A stretch of 64,000 bases of DNA, taken from assembly GCA_030704615.1 (NCBI GenBank), contig CM060734.1, positions 44,640,001 to 44,704,000 on the forward strand, read 5' to 3'. Shown in pieces: positions 52,601 to 64,000 of this stretch. How positions within the stretch are numbered: position 1 is the first letter of the stretch; every line of letters starts with the position of its first letter. The notes beneath the pieces were generated by a model, which saw nothing but the letters and a program-made list of their open reading frames with translations, was not told the DNA's origin and made no database searches. A program made the position numbers and the translations under genes. The stretch comes from Takakia lepidozioides. Lineage: Eukaryota; Plantae; Bryophyta.

Positions 52601-53789
52601 TGAAACCAAAAATCCAACCGAAAATTCGGGCAAGTATAGGTAGTTTGGAAACAGGTACTGCGGTTTTCTGAAGCAAATCGCCTCCTGAAATGTACGATGG
52701 TTATGTTTGAGGACTGAAAGAATCTGTTTCGTGGTTTGAACAAGAGTGCGATCACAATTGCTGGGTGTTTTCCACTGATTTCTTCCCAATGGCCATTTGG
52801 AAATATTTCTTGATGTATATGCAATTGTCAGGTATGGTTGTTGGGAGCTGCAAATCTTGGGGTGCAATTGTCTTGCTGAGCTGAAGAATGGTTAGGGATT
52901 GCTTCCATGCCTTACGCCGAAAAGTCTAAAACCTCTACTTTTGGTTGTGGCGCTGAACATTTTATTATTTGGTTTCAGATCACCTATAGGTAGACGTTTT
53001 TCCCTCTACTATCCCCTCGATAGGCTGTTAGAGATGTTTGCTCTGTAAATCGTTAGCGGGTTAAGCTATCTTTTCTCTCCTCCTTGACAGTAATCGATGT
53101 GAAATTCCAGGTCTGGGAAACGTGGGGCATTACTGAGAAGTGACATCAAAGTATAATAATGCTGACATCTGAGGCTTGCTTCAACTTGGCGGTTGTAATA
53201 AGGAGGATCATAGTGCTAGGTGAAACAACATCAAAGGTCCCCCTCTGGATATCTTTGAATGCACTAGTGAACCTTCGAATGAGTGATGCTATGGGCTTTC
53301 TCTTTTGATGAAATCTGGGGGTTCTTGTATATTTGTGTGTATGTACATAAGCAAGTCCGGGTTAACTTGTCTTACGAGTTCAGTGGGGAAGTGTAGGAGA
53401 GCAGAACGGGTCCACTACTTGCCTGCATCACAGGGAGAAAATGAACTTAAACTGTCCTTCCATATTTCGGCTAGAAGATATTTCCCCATCTGCAAAAATC
53501 TGTACTTATACTCTGAAGGACCAAATTTTGGTGGATCTCAAACTGACCAAGAGAGGTCAGTGAAAGCTTCTGTCTCTCTGGAATAAATATGCCAACAAGT
53601 GGGTAGAAGGTAGAGACCGTTGTGGGGCTCTAAAATCACCAGCATATGGAACCCCGCCCAAGATCACCATGACACTCCCCTACCAACAACCATCCACTAA
53701 AAGTGGATTGAGTGTTGGGTAGCCTTGTCATTGACAGCATATTAGAAGGCATTGTCTGTATTTTAGCCTTTTTGTCGGAATTGATTCCA

Positions 53790-54660
53790 GACTCTGCAGC
53801 AAGTATTGTCCAATTAGTGCAGGAACAGGTGTATTCAAAGAAGTAGGCAGCTGCATGCAAGCCTCAGTCCAGATACTGTTCAGCATTTGGGCTGAGACAT
53901 TGTCCAAATGTAACTCCCCGCCCTCAGTTTACATTTCAGTCCAGTAGGGTCACTTCTTCCTGCTAATATTCAGGTACTTGGAAATCTGCTCTACCCTTTC
54001 CTGTCAGGACTTAGCCTGTTTAGCAAGACAGTCTTGCTTCCAAGATATGAAGTTGCTTATCTTAGGGTATCCGGTATTAGGCAACTGACCCCACCTTCTG
54101 ACCCTCGAACACATCATGGTGAGAGCTCAAGGGCAGTACGCCAAACTCACCCAGAACAGCCATGTTAGCTGTTCTGGCACCAAGAGAATGTACTCATCGT
54201 TGTTTGCCGGAGCCTTAGACTCGTGCCCAGTTTGGGCGGAACAAGAGGGAACCGACACTACCTTAGGGAGGGCTCACTCTGGTAGTGGGACTTAACTTGA
54301 TATGAACAATTAGTTCGGCCTAGCCAGATATCCTCTAGAAAGCCCTTCACACAAGCATCAATCTGATGTGTGTGAGCTGCCCAGAAACTAGAACCCAACA
54401 GGGCTAGGGCTTTAGGCTCAGCCTCGATATTTTGAAAGTTGGTGAACAAAGATGCAGGAACAATGTTCCCCCGATGGACCTGAAGAGGGTCACCCTCTGG
54501 TGCGAATATCCCAGACAAGTTATGAGAAAATGGTTATTGTCTTCAGGCTGCCTGCACATCGGGAAATTACAATCTTTTCTCTTTGTGTCTGTTTATTGTT
54601 CAAAGGTAGACTTCACCCCGAATTTAAATTTGAGTCTAATGCTGAGGGTAGGTAGGCTCT
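53790..54660 (-). mobile_element. Two older, decayed fragments of the RTE-like LINE family
   Basis: 53990-54180 resembles 42270-42460; 54189-54655 resembles the 3' end ([15 protein letters not shown]). Confidence 0.75.
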
Positions 54661-56947
54661 TCGGAGAGAGAGAGGGAGACTCATCAGACTGTGCTCCTCT
54701 TTAGCCTTGTAACATGTCAGCACCCAATTTTCATTGCAAAACAAACAGATAGGAGTGAGGGACAGACAAATAGGACAGAGAGAGACCGACAGATAGCATG
54801 ACTGAGAAATAGGCTGAATCAGAAGCAAGGTAGATAAGTTATGTAACCACCTGCTCAGCACTTTGTGGAGCAAATTTTTGACAAAGTGTGGCGGAAGTGT
54901 ACATTTCCCAAACTTTTGGGATTTACATATCCTGCCACATGTGAATGAAAAACAGAGGTCGGGAAAAAGTCACGTAATCAGAGACAAGAAGGAAGAGTAC
55001 CCTTTGTTACCCCACCCTGTATGTGCACAACCATAACGCCAGACTCCAGACCTGTGCAGGTTGATTCATATTACACAAGCTTTGAGGAATCCGGGTAAGA
55101 AATATGACAGACTGGGTATGGGATGTCCCAGCTACAAACCCAGCCAAGGTGGACGTTGGGATTGAATTTGCTTGAGTCCAGTTTTTGTTTGGGAGATTTC
55201 ACCCCCATCTTCTCTCGTATGTACCCAATACCAGACAAACACAACAAGAACTTACATCACTCCTGCAGGCGGCAGTTGTTCCACCTGCCCCCTAGGTGTG
55301 GGGAGATCTCCACAGAGCAGGTTTCACACAGCCTGTGCATAGAACAGGAAATACTGATGACTTCATCCTCATTCAATTGATTCTCTTGGGCCCTTTATGA
55401 GTCCATGGACATAGTATGTTTCTCTCCTCTTTTCCTCGAAAGGAAACCTGGGAGCGATGGCTCACATGTTGGTTCTCGTTTAAATGGAGGGGGAAAGTTA
55501 ACCCCTTCGATTTATGAGCCTCAAGGGCTATACCTCAAAGGTGATGCTCGTTCCTTCTTTTCTTTCTTTGTGTTTTATGTGGTTCTGCTGTGTGTTCTAC
55601 TCCTGTTCTTTGAACGCTTTGGACATCCCAGGAGGAGTGCATGGGTGAAGACATGAAGACTAGCTTTCTGGTGTCTTGTCAATCCAAGACCTGACACTCA
55701 GACTGAAGTAACTACCTGATTGTAGTCATCCAAGTGGGAATGATTCTCATGTTCTGTTTGTGAAAACCCTAAAACTGCCGTGGGAAGTGTGGTTGCTATC
55801 ACCTAGTGACCATGCCCCAATGGGTATGCCATAGCCAATCTCAAGTACAGCTATGCCATGGGGGAGAGATTGCAGAATTTGCCAATAAGATATCAACTGT
55901 CCATTCATGATTATAAGAGAAAACTCTCCTTGACACCAGATAGCGATTGTTGATATTCATCTGCACCATATGATGTTATCATTATATCGGTGTTCTTTTT
56001 GTTGAGTGAGCACTCATTCTGATATTAACATGCAAAATATTGGTCAAGTTGAATCCTTACTGTGTGGAAGGTGCTGAAACGGATTTCCATCATTAGGATT
56101 GTGCTGAAAAGGGAAGCCAATCAGCCTTGGAATTCAAATACACTTGCCTATTGTGTCTTCTGTGTCAAAGTCTGGGCATGTAGTTAATTCTTCCATCATG
56201 GAAATCCCATGTCCTTCATGTCCCTTGATGACTGTTTTCCTGTCATGTTCACAGCATCTCAGTGCTTCCACACATTCTTTCCAAGAGAATTTGGAGCACA
56301 ACATTGCATTTGGAAGTGCATAAATACCTTAGGGTGCCCCTCCCCGTGATCTTGGGCAGAGAGACTTTAGGACATGGTGAATGGAGTGCTTTTTTGCAAA
56401 CAACCTATGTGCCTCCTCAGACACAGTGATTGAAGATCAAAAGACGCCAGCCAAAGGCACTTGCAAGGGAAATTCAACTCTGCCACCGATTTCACATGTG
56501 TTATTGCTCCTGGAAAAGTACAGATGATGATGTGAAGGAACTAGAAGCACAAGTGGGGGTCCCAAAAATTATCTGACAAGTTATTATGGTTTTCTTTAGT
56601 CCATGTTTAACGTTCCTGTTGTAGCGATTTCGACATTCGACCTGGTCAAAACATGTGTTGCATCTTTCAATAGGACATCATCTACAGCATCCACCTGTCC
56701 ATGATGGATTACTAATTAAACTGTCTGGGAGAGTAAATTTCTAAGCAGTCCCTGGCAAGGATTGGTGACTTCTCATTCACTAGCACAAAGAGTGGATCTC
56801 TTTTCTGTTACTACCCTTTATGTATGTGTGTGAAAGACTTCCATTGTTTACAGTTTACACCTGACATTTGGTATCTGAGAAGGCAGCAGGCCCACATGTA
56901 AGGTGGACTGAATCTGCCAACACTGAAGTGCAAGTAACATTATGCAG

Positions 56948-59395
56948 CTACACCAAGCTGCTACGGCCCAAGAGTTCCAGCCATGATGCAACATCTGAAA
57001 TTGCAGGCCTTTCTTCAGGATCCATGCGGACACACAGCTCTGCAATCTCTGCCATTCTCACCAAAGGGTCCACATTCTTCGGTAGCTCTAGGCTTCGATC
57101 AAGTATGGACATTGTGTTCCCTTGATGGATGCAAGGGGCCGCCCACTCGACAATGTGGGCAGGGTTGAATTCGCTGTCAAAAGCCTTCCTCCCACACATA
57201 ATTTCCAGAAGTACCACCCCAAAGCTGTAAACATCACTCTTGGCAGTGAAGCTATGTGACTTAAGGTATTCAGGGTCAGTATAGCCCACCTCCATTTGCT
57301 GGACTGGTGACATGTGCTCATCCTTAGTGTCCCCAGGAGGTCCACCACCTGAGAGAGACAAACCGAAGTCTGCCACCCGAGCATTCCATTCTCCATCCAA
57401 CAAAATATTTGTGGACTTGATATGTCTGTGCACAATTCGGGGGGAGGCATCCTTGTGGAGATACTCTATTCCCCGGGCAGCCTGCAATATGATCTTGTGT
57501 CGCCGTGCCCAACTTAGTTGAGCTAGTCCCCCATGAAGGTGGTCATGGAGGGTACCATTGGGCATGAACTCATAGACCAAGAGCCTCTCCCCCATCTCTT
57601 CGCAGTAGCCCACCAAATTAACCAGTTGTGCATGCCTCAATCTGCATAGTATTTCCAACTCTACCTCAAAGTCACGGCTGTTGCATTGGATGCGGCGCGC
57701 AGCATTGGCACGCTTCACTGCAACCTGCCGTCCGTCATGAAGAACTGCCTTGTATACAAAGCCGTAGCTACCTCGACCAAGCTCATTAAGTTCTTTAAAG
57801 CCATTCGTTGCATCCCGCAGCTCAGCCAATCTGAAAGCTTGCGTGCAGATGATGTCATAGGAGAGCTTCCGTCCATGGCCCGAAAGTACAGAAGTACCAT
57901 TGGACAAGCTATGCATGAGACCATTCTCTGCTGAATCCCGCTTACTAGATGCCCGAAAGAGAGAGTATGCCACTAGACTCTTTCTAAAAAAGCAGCAGAG
58001 AACCCCAGCAAATAGCAGAGTTACGACAATTCCACCAACCACTGCTGCTGCAATGATCGCCCCTGATGCCTCGTTCCTCACCCTTACTATAGGCTCCATT
58101 AGAACATCCGGGGCACTGGCCGGGGTCACGATAGAGTGCGCTAGGCAGACAGCTTGGCACAAGGAATCTCGGCAGAGTGAACAATCAGTACACACCCGAT
58201 CAGCATCACGCGAACATGGGGATGTGAGAAATGTCTTCGCAGGACATGTTCGGGCACAAGGACAACAGATCTGCTGCGCGTTACTGATACACATACTGGG
58301 ACTTAGAGTGCTATCAATTACACTTGAATTGAAGGTAAATTCTCCATCCCTGCATGGGTCGCTCCTACAGATCCCAGGGCTAAAAAGCTGGAGTGGGGGT
58401 TGAAAATCCATGCCATTCCCCCAACAAACTGCTAGCAAATCGGTCTCTCTAACACCACAGGTAACATTGGCAGCTGCAGTGAGAGCTAAAAATTCTGTAC
58501 CCAAGGGCACTGCTGATCCATGGAAGCTTACGTCTCCCCAGCATATAACCTCGTGACTTATATCCGATATTCCACAGGTATGATAGAATCCAGCTGAGAT
58601 GGCCATGAATGCAACTCCCTCCGGTGGGTTTGCTTGCCCTGTACTGTTATCTCCCCAACACACAACATACTTGTTGCCCAAAACGATCCCGCATGCATGG
58701 TCCCTACCTGCGACCAAACTCTCAAATTGGACATTCTGTGGTGGCTTGGTCACATTCAATTGTGAATCTCCCCAGCACACTGCAGTTTTATTCTGGTTGT
58801 AGATCCCACATGTAAAACCCTTTCCTGCTGAGATTGTCTCGAGTGACGACAAGTTGGCCGGGGGATATATCGCTGCATCATCCGTATCTGTCCCCCAGCA
58901 ATCTATCCCGGTAAGACTTCCATGCAGAGTGAGGTTGGACGTAATCCCACAAACATGATGTGACCCTGCACCGAGAGACGTGTAACTGTGGTTCTGATAT
59001 TGCGGAGGAGTTATATTTTCACTTGTATCATTCCCTCTCCAACAAACGGCTTGAAAACTAGGGGCTTTCAATCCACACATGAACCCATCACCACCGGAAA
59101 GAGCCACAAATGGTTCCATTTCAGTGGTTGACATTGTGCTGACTAGAGTATTATTTCCTCCCCAACAGAGTACCTGCTGTCCCCCACTTGCCTCAATTGC
59201 ACAAACTAATCCCCCATCACCAGAAGACACTGCTATGGTGGACATATATTCTACGCCATGTGAACCCACCGTTGTATAGAAAATACTAAGAAAGAGAACA
59301 AGAGTTTTTCGTATGAACTTTTTTCTAGAGTCTATGGGACACCTTTCTCTACTATACGACTGAGAGTCTTGTGTAGGGTGTAGCACAGGGCCCAT
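56948..59395 (-). CDS. CRINKLY4-related receptor-like kinase, CCR1/CCR2 type, probable pseudokinase
   Basis: Intronless 815-aa ORF: hydrophobic N-terminal segment, ~7 crinkly/RCC1-like repeats (xCWG), TNFR-like Cys-rich region, transmembrane segment, and kinase starting FRLAELRDATNGFKELNELGRGSYG. No ACR4-type C-terminal tail; HRD is replaced by HRH. Confidence 0.93.
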   Translation of the reverse strand: MGPVLHPTQDSQSYSRERCPIDSRKKFIRKTLVLFLSIFYTTVGSHGVEYMSTIAVSSGDGGLVCAIEASGGQQVLCWGGNNTLVSTMSTTEMEPFVALSGGDGFMCGLKAPSFQAVCWRGNDTSENITPPQYQNHSYTSLGAGSHHVCGITSNLTLHGSLTGIDCWGTDTDDAAIYPPANLSSLETISAGKGFTCGIYNQNKTAVCWGDSQLNVTKPPQNVQFESLVAGRDHACGIVLGNKYVVCWGDNSTGQANPPEGVAFMAISAGFYHTCGISDISHEVICWGDVSFHGSAVPLGTEFLALTAAANVTCGVRETDLLAVCWGNGMDFQPPLQLFSPGICRSDPCRDGEFTFNSSVIDSTLSPSMCISNAQQICCPCARTCPAKTFLTSPCSRDADRVCTDCSLCRDSLCQAVCLAHSIVTPASAPDVLMEPIVRVRNEASGAIIAAAVVGGIVVTLLFAGVLCCFFRKSLVAYSLFRASSKRDSAENGLMHSLSNGTSVLSGHGRKLSYDIICTQAFRLAELRDATNGFKELNELGRGSYGFVYKAVLHDGRQVAVKRANAARRIQCNSRDFEVELEILCRLRHAQLVNLVGYCEEMGERLLVYEFMPNGTLHDHLHGGLAQLSWARRHKIILQAARGIEYLHKDASPRIVHRHIKSTNILLDGEWNARVADFGLSLSGGGPPGDTKDEHMSPVQQMEVGYTDPEYLKSHSFTAKSDVYSFGVVLLEIMCGRKAFDSEFNPAHIVEWAAPCIHQGNTMSILDRSLELPKNVDPLVRMAEIAELCVRMDPEERPAISDVASWLELLGRSSLV

Positions 59396-60867
59396 TGAGG
59401 ATTGTTTTCAGGGTCAATGTTCCACCCTGTCGTATCTTGTCTATGTGCGGATAGCATACCAGTTGAGCACGTACCCGTCAGGTGAAGTTAATTTATCAAA
59501 GAAGGTTACGTTGCCAGTAATACCACAGCCTCTGCTACTCTCAATCGGAGACCCCTTCTGAGGATATGGAAGTCCTAAGTCCTCCATTGTGGAGCCCCCT
59601 TCTTTCCAGCGTTCTTCCTGCAGCTCAAGGTATCTAGAAATGATTCACTGTAGGCGCGCGACACACAAGGGAAGGAGAAAGCGAGGTTTGCAGACCGGAA
59701 GACGGTTATATCACTTCTCCTCAAGACTCCGGATGCAGTCTCGTCGTCTATGCTTGCTCGACCTGCTTGCGTGCCTTCGGAGAAGAGAATCTATGCACAG
59801 TGTATCCATGGAGAGAGATCCACTGAGAGAGGAGACGGAAAACACTGATGCAGGCACAGTTACAGTCGCTATGTTCAATCTCTCTCACTATTTGCAATCA
59901 CAGGCACCACGAGAGAGACATCAGAAGAGAGGGAGAGAGTTAATGGGAAAACAGCAAAGCGTACTGGGCATCTGGGTTGGGGGACATGAGCAGTACTCCC
60001 GGACGGTGAAATGTAGGGATAGTCGTCAAGGAGAGAGTAGCAGATCGGGGACACAGAAACTTACATTATGCCTCAGTTTCAGCTGGAGAGAGAGAGAGAG
60101 AGATGGAAAGGTCGGCAAAAGAGCAACTATACTCACGCAAGAATAAGATTAGTACCCAAACTGACAAACAAATTGTGAAGGACAAGAGGAGAGAAGCGAC
60201 ACAGATCACTAACATTATGACCAGGTTCAGAAGCCGGAACATGCAGTAGAGAAAGCGAGGTGGAAATGATCGGGTACTGAGCAACAATATGCAATCAAGA
60301 CCACCCCAAATGGCGAACGCGAAGGGGGGTGTTAGGCCCAATACGGAGAGCGAGAGAGAGACAGATACGGAGAGCGCTTTTGAATCCCCTGTAAGGAAGC
60401 AATGTAGGTTATAAATTACGCAGTCCAACGAGAGACCGATAAAGACATGGAATACTGGCAATGCATGGAGCTGTCATTACAGTGGAGAGTATAACACGGT
60501 TCCGAGAGACAGGGCACCGGATGCGAGGGGCGAGAGAAGGAAGGCGACTGCAGGAGAGGTGCGACGATACAATGTAGGGACTCGGGACAGCAGACCCAGC
60601 ACGTGGGGTCAGCCCTCTGTCCGCTGCCCGCTCCGACATCTATTTTGTTTCCGGGCAGACTGCCCACACTTCAGTTTGACGCAGTCAATTATCCTGTCCT
60701 GCCTGCAAGATTCTGTCTGTCAGATCCTTCCTCATGGTCATCATCCATCCATAGTCTCCCCTCTCCATAGTCATTTTTCTTTTTCTTTTTTTTTTTTTTT
60801 GTTTTTTAAAGGGAGATGGTTTGTTGTGTACTTTTCCTTTCTTTTAAACGAAACTGTGGAGCACCAC

Positions 60868-61300
60868 CAGTCGGTAGCTCAGTTGGATAGAGCACTAAGT
60901 GCCACACAGGTGATTCTGGGCTCAAATCCTGCTACCTTTTGGGGTGTGGTATAATATTCTCACTAAAATTAAGGGGTCTCTGAAATGTAGGGATCTTGTG
61001 AGCTGTCGCTCCCGGGTATTTTCAGAAAAAAGAAAACCTGGGAGCAACAGCTCACAATTCAGAGAGGATGGGGAAAAGTTAACCGCCTTTCAAGCATACA
61101 GGAGACAACATTCTTATAGGACCACCCGGCCCACACACCCACGACAAGGGAGCAGGATTTGAGCCCCACACCACGAGTGTGACACACACTGCACTATCCA
61201 ACCGAGCAAGTACATCAAGCTCAGTTTGATCTTGCACCGGGTGTCACACAGGTGATTCTGGGCTCAAATCCCGCTGCCTTGTCCAGTGTGGTATACCCTT
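60868..61300. mobile_element. Cluster of three tRNA-derived SINE-like heads (+, -, +)
   Basis: A-box TAGCTCAGTTGG (60875) and B-box-like GGCTCAAATCC (60919). Inverted copy at ~61143-61207 and third copy at ~61218-61280. Body-related sequence also at ~55438-55507. Confidence 0.65.
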
Positions 61301-63163
61301 GGTGTCCCATGAGCCTTGTGCGTGCATGGCGACGTTACTTTGAAAGAGGAAGTTTTATTTTCTCCTCTCACTATAATCAAGGAGTCGCTCTCTCAAAATT
61401 TTGAAAACTAATTAACTACATTATATTTTTTCTATTATATTATTATTAGCTGTGATAAGAGGAATTGTTCTCTAAATTGTTTTTTAAAACAATTGTTAAT
61501 TCCTAATTAAAGGGTTTGACATCCTGGGAAAAGGTATTTCAAAATATTGAGCACCTACAATGTATAGTTAAGTAGGTAGGTAGGTAGGTAGGCAGGTTGG
61601 TGTAGAAGACCGGGTAGCTCGGGCCCACACCGGGAAGCATAGGTCTCAATCAGCCGGTAGCGTAGCTGGCGCCCCCGTACATTTTGGAGGTACTTTTTGA
61701 GCGGCCCGCTTGGGTGCCCGGTGCTTGCCCGCTGCAGGAGCAGCGTAGGCATGGCACGTTGTTGCGGGAGTGTGGTGTACCGCATGAGCATTGGGTTGCG
61801 GGGAGGATGTTGATGAGATGTAAAGACAAAGAATTTGGTACGTATGTTTTGTGATTAACGCGGGTAACGAGATGATGAATCACGATCGACAGACTGCCGA
61901 GTCCACCAAAGGTCAACTAACCCAGTATGGTACTATGGTCTATCATCTGAATGATTATTGTTCCCTATGACTCTCTCTGACTGATGGATGTAGGCTAGAT
62001 CTCTCCTCTCGCTTCATTTGGAATACCACGGCATTTGGGATAGTGGCAGTCCATAATGCCGACCGCAGGAAGGATGTTGATTAAGTTTTAACAGATACTA
62101 GAATGCAACCTTTCATTCTAGAATCGAAACATATGTACCATTGTTCAAGATGGAACTTATCTAATCATTCATTCCTTTCAATGAGCTTACGACTGAAAGA
62201 ACAAGGATTTCGTTATAGAAAGCTCTCTTAATATATTCATTGACTTTAGACGGAGTGGAGGAATTAAGGATCGCAAGACAAACCCACAACAGTGAGATTG
62301 TGGGTGGCACTCCCGCATGCACTAGGGCTTGTGAGGGTGGCTTTGTGTATCAAGCTCGAGCTGAGCATTATACAGTTCGCATCAAGCGTCTTGTGGATTG
62401 GAACGACAACCCCACTTAAAAGAAACAAAGCAGCATATTGAGACTTGAGACCTCCCTAGTTTAGCGCGACGATGTGGTGAACGTGAACTAATGGGGAGTT
62501 TTGGGTTGCCAGGGATAGGCCTTGCAATAACTTAGGAAGACAAATTATTTATTGGGGAGGGGCAATATTATAGAGATAAAGGCGCACAGTGGAACAGGAG
62601 ATAATAAAAGTAGCCAAGCTGACATGCACATGCACGAATTTGTCAGCTTCACATTATTCTCTTCGTCTGTACAACCTCCGCAGTGAGTCAGTTTTTGGCT
62701 CCTACAGAATCATTAATGTATGAATAACAACCTCATTCAATTCAGTTCTCTAGCGTCAGACCAAGGTGGCAGTCTGGTTTGAGGATCAATGTTTGTGGGC
62801 TCCAACGGGTTTCAACTTTCCACACCCAGTTGAATGACAATATCACAAGGGCAATTCTCGCGCTAGAGCCTAGAAGCTAGTCACCACTTGATTTGTTCTG
62901 TAGATTACACAGTGAATGAGAATGGCTATCATGTTCTTCACAAGAAGATATAAAGAAGATATAAATAAAAGAAGATCAGTTCAGCGTAGAGTTGCTTTGC
63001 AGCACTGGGGAAAAGCTTAACATAGAAAGCCTAAATGCGTCGAAGATAAAGATTAAGTTTTTTAAACGTGGAAGAAAGAGACGTTGAGACAGCAGAGCAG
63101 ATCCACAGTGCAACTTCCGGATGTTGACTTGGCAAAAAGGAAGTTTGTTGTGGAATAATAACC

Positions 63164-63236
63164 CGATCACGGTGGGACTCGAACCCACAATCTCCCGCTC
63201 CGGAGGCGAGCGCCTTATCCATTAGGCCACGCGACC
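63164..63236 (-). tRNA. trnR-CCG: tRNA-Arg (anticodon CCG)
   Basis: GGTCGCGTGGCCTAATGGATAAGGCGCTCGCCTCCGGAGCGGGAGATTGTGGGTTCGAGTCCCACCGTGATCG: 73-nt cloverleaf with GTTCGA T-loop and a downstream T5 terminator (63134-63138). Confidence 0.97.
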
Positions 63237-64000
63237 ACTTCCATAGCCTGCGTGATTAGTAGATAATATTTATACACAGTTTCTCGCTGCTAATGACAAC
63301 ACGCAGTTTCCCAAACTCTCAAAGCTTATATGGTACTGGTCGTGACGTCGTGACGCTCACAGCTCAGACCTAATGCTCCAGGCGCATATCCAATCACGAA
63401 ACGTCTGTGTAAATAAAAGTCCATCCTTCCAGTCGGTCCATGGTTATAAGTATGGCCCAGCAGACAAACCCCCAACAAAAAAATGGTTTAGTGGGTCTTT
63501 GGACGTCTGCTAAAAAACACTGCAAAAAGGTGACGTGCTTGTCCACTTGCGAAACCAACAAACAGGCTGGAAGGCTCCAGACAGCTTTCCCAATCACACC
63601 CTCTGTTAAATATGTAAGTAGCCTTGGAAAGTTGGCATGACAATGATAGCTCTTCTGGTCATAATCCAAATTGTCCTAGCAATGGCTCTGAATCTTGACT
63701 GAACTTCATTCTGACATACTACCACACTCATATCATCAACCATTTTCCGCTCTGGTAAAGGAGGCGGAAACTACCTACAAGGCACAGCTGCTAATCATCA
63801 CAGTGGCAACCAACCATTCCAACCAACTACTCTCAAAGCCTCACAAAGGACTTGTAGCAGGGAGACTGATCAGCCAATCTTATGTGCGATCCACCAAAAA
63901 CACATTAGGTCAGAACTAGTCCCATCAGAATCTAGTCATTCAGTGTCCTCTCACTCATGAACATGTTCTCTCAAGGCTGTGCAGAAAAAAAGGGGAGACC

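Noticed and set aside
49379-53600. Multiple 60-200 aa ORFs
   Set aside because: Low-complexity GA-repeat translations or motif-less frames; likely promoter, UTR or intergenic DNA.
60868-60940. Functional tRNA gene
   Set aside because: Degenerate T-loop (CTCAAAT) and poor acceptor and anticodon stems; repeated nearby, so SINE-like.

Overview
Eukaryotic land-plant genomic DNA. A non-seed plant such as a bryophyte is inferred from the PLS-PPR repeat style and the retroelement types. Host genes: exon 1 of a serine carboxypeptidase-like gene (-), an ~11-exon TSO1/CPP (tesmin, LIN54-like) gene (-), an intronless CRINKLY4-related CCR1/CCR2-type receptor kinase with a mutated catalytic loop (-), and tRNA-Arg(CCG) (-). 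Positions ~1.5-36 kb form a nested transposon cluster whose history can be partly rebuilt from the sequence. (1) A 7.4-kb non-autonomous CACTA element (CACTACAA termini, CTC target duplication) sits inside a PHD-finger-bearing Ty3/gypsy integrase. It carries a captured PAL fragment and a PLS-E-DYW PPR RNA-editing pseudogene with recently amplified repeats. (2) A head-to-tail array of an unclassified TIR element family has adjacent ends separated by exactly 9 bp, forming hairpins. (3) A 6.3-kb inversion (16299-22607) splits both a LINE and a CACTA end at base resolution and creates a ~2.5-kb inverted repeat. Also present: chromovirus remnants, RTE-like and L1-like LINEs, a MITE with a 4-bp TSD, and tRNA-derived SINE heads. 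All similarities were judged by eye; no database searches were run.
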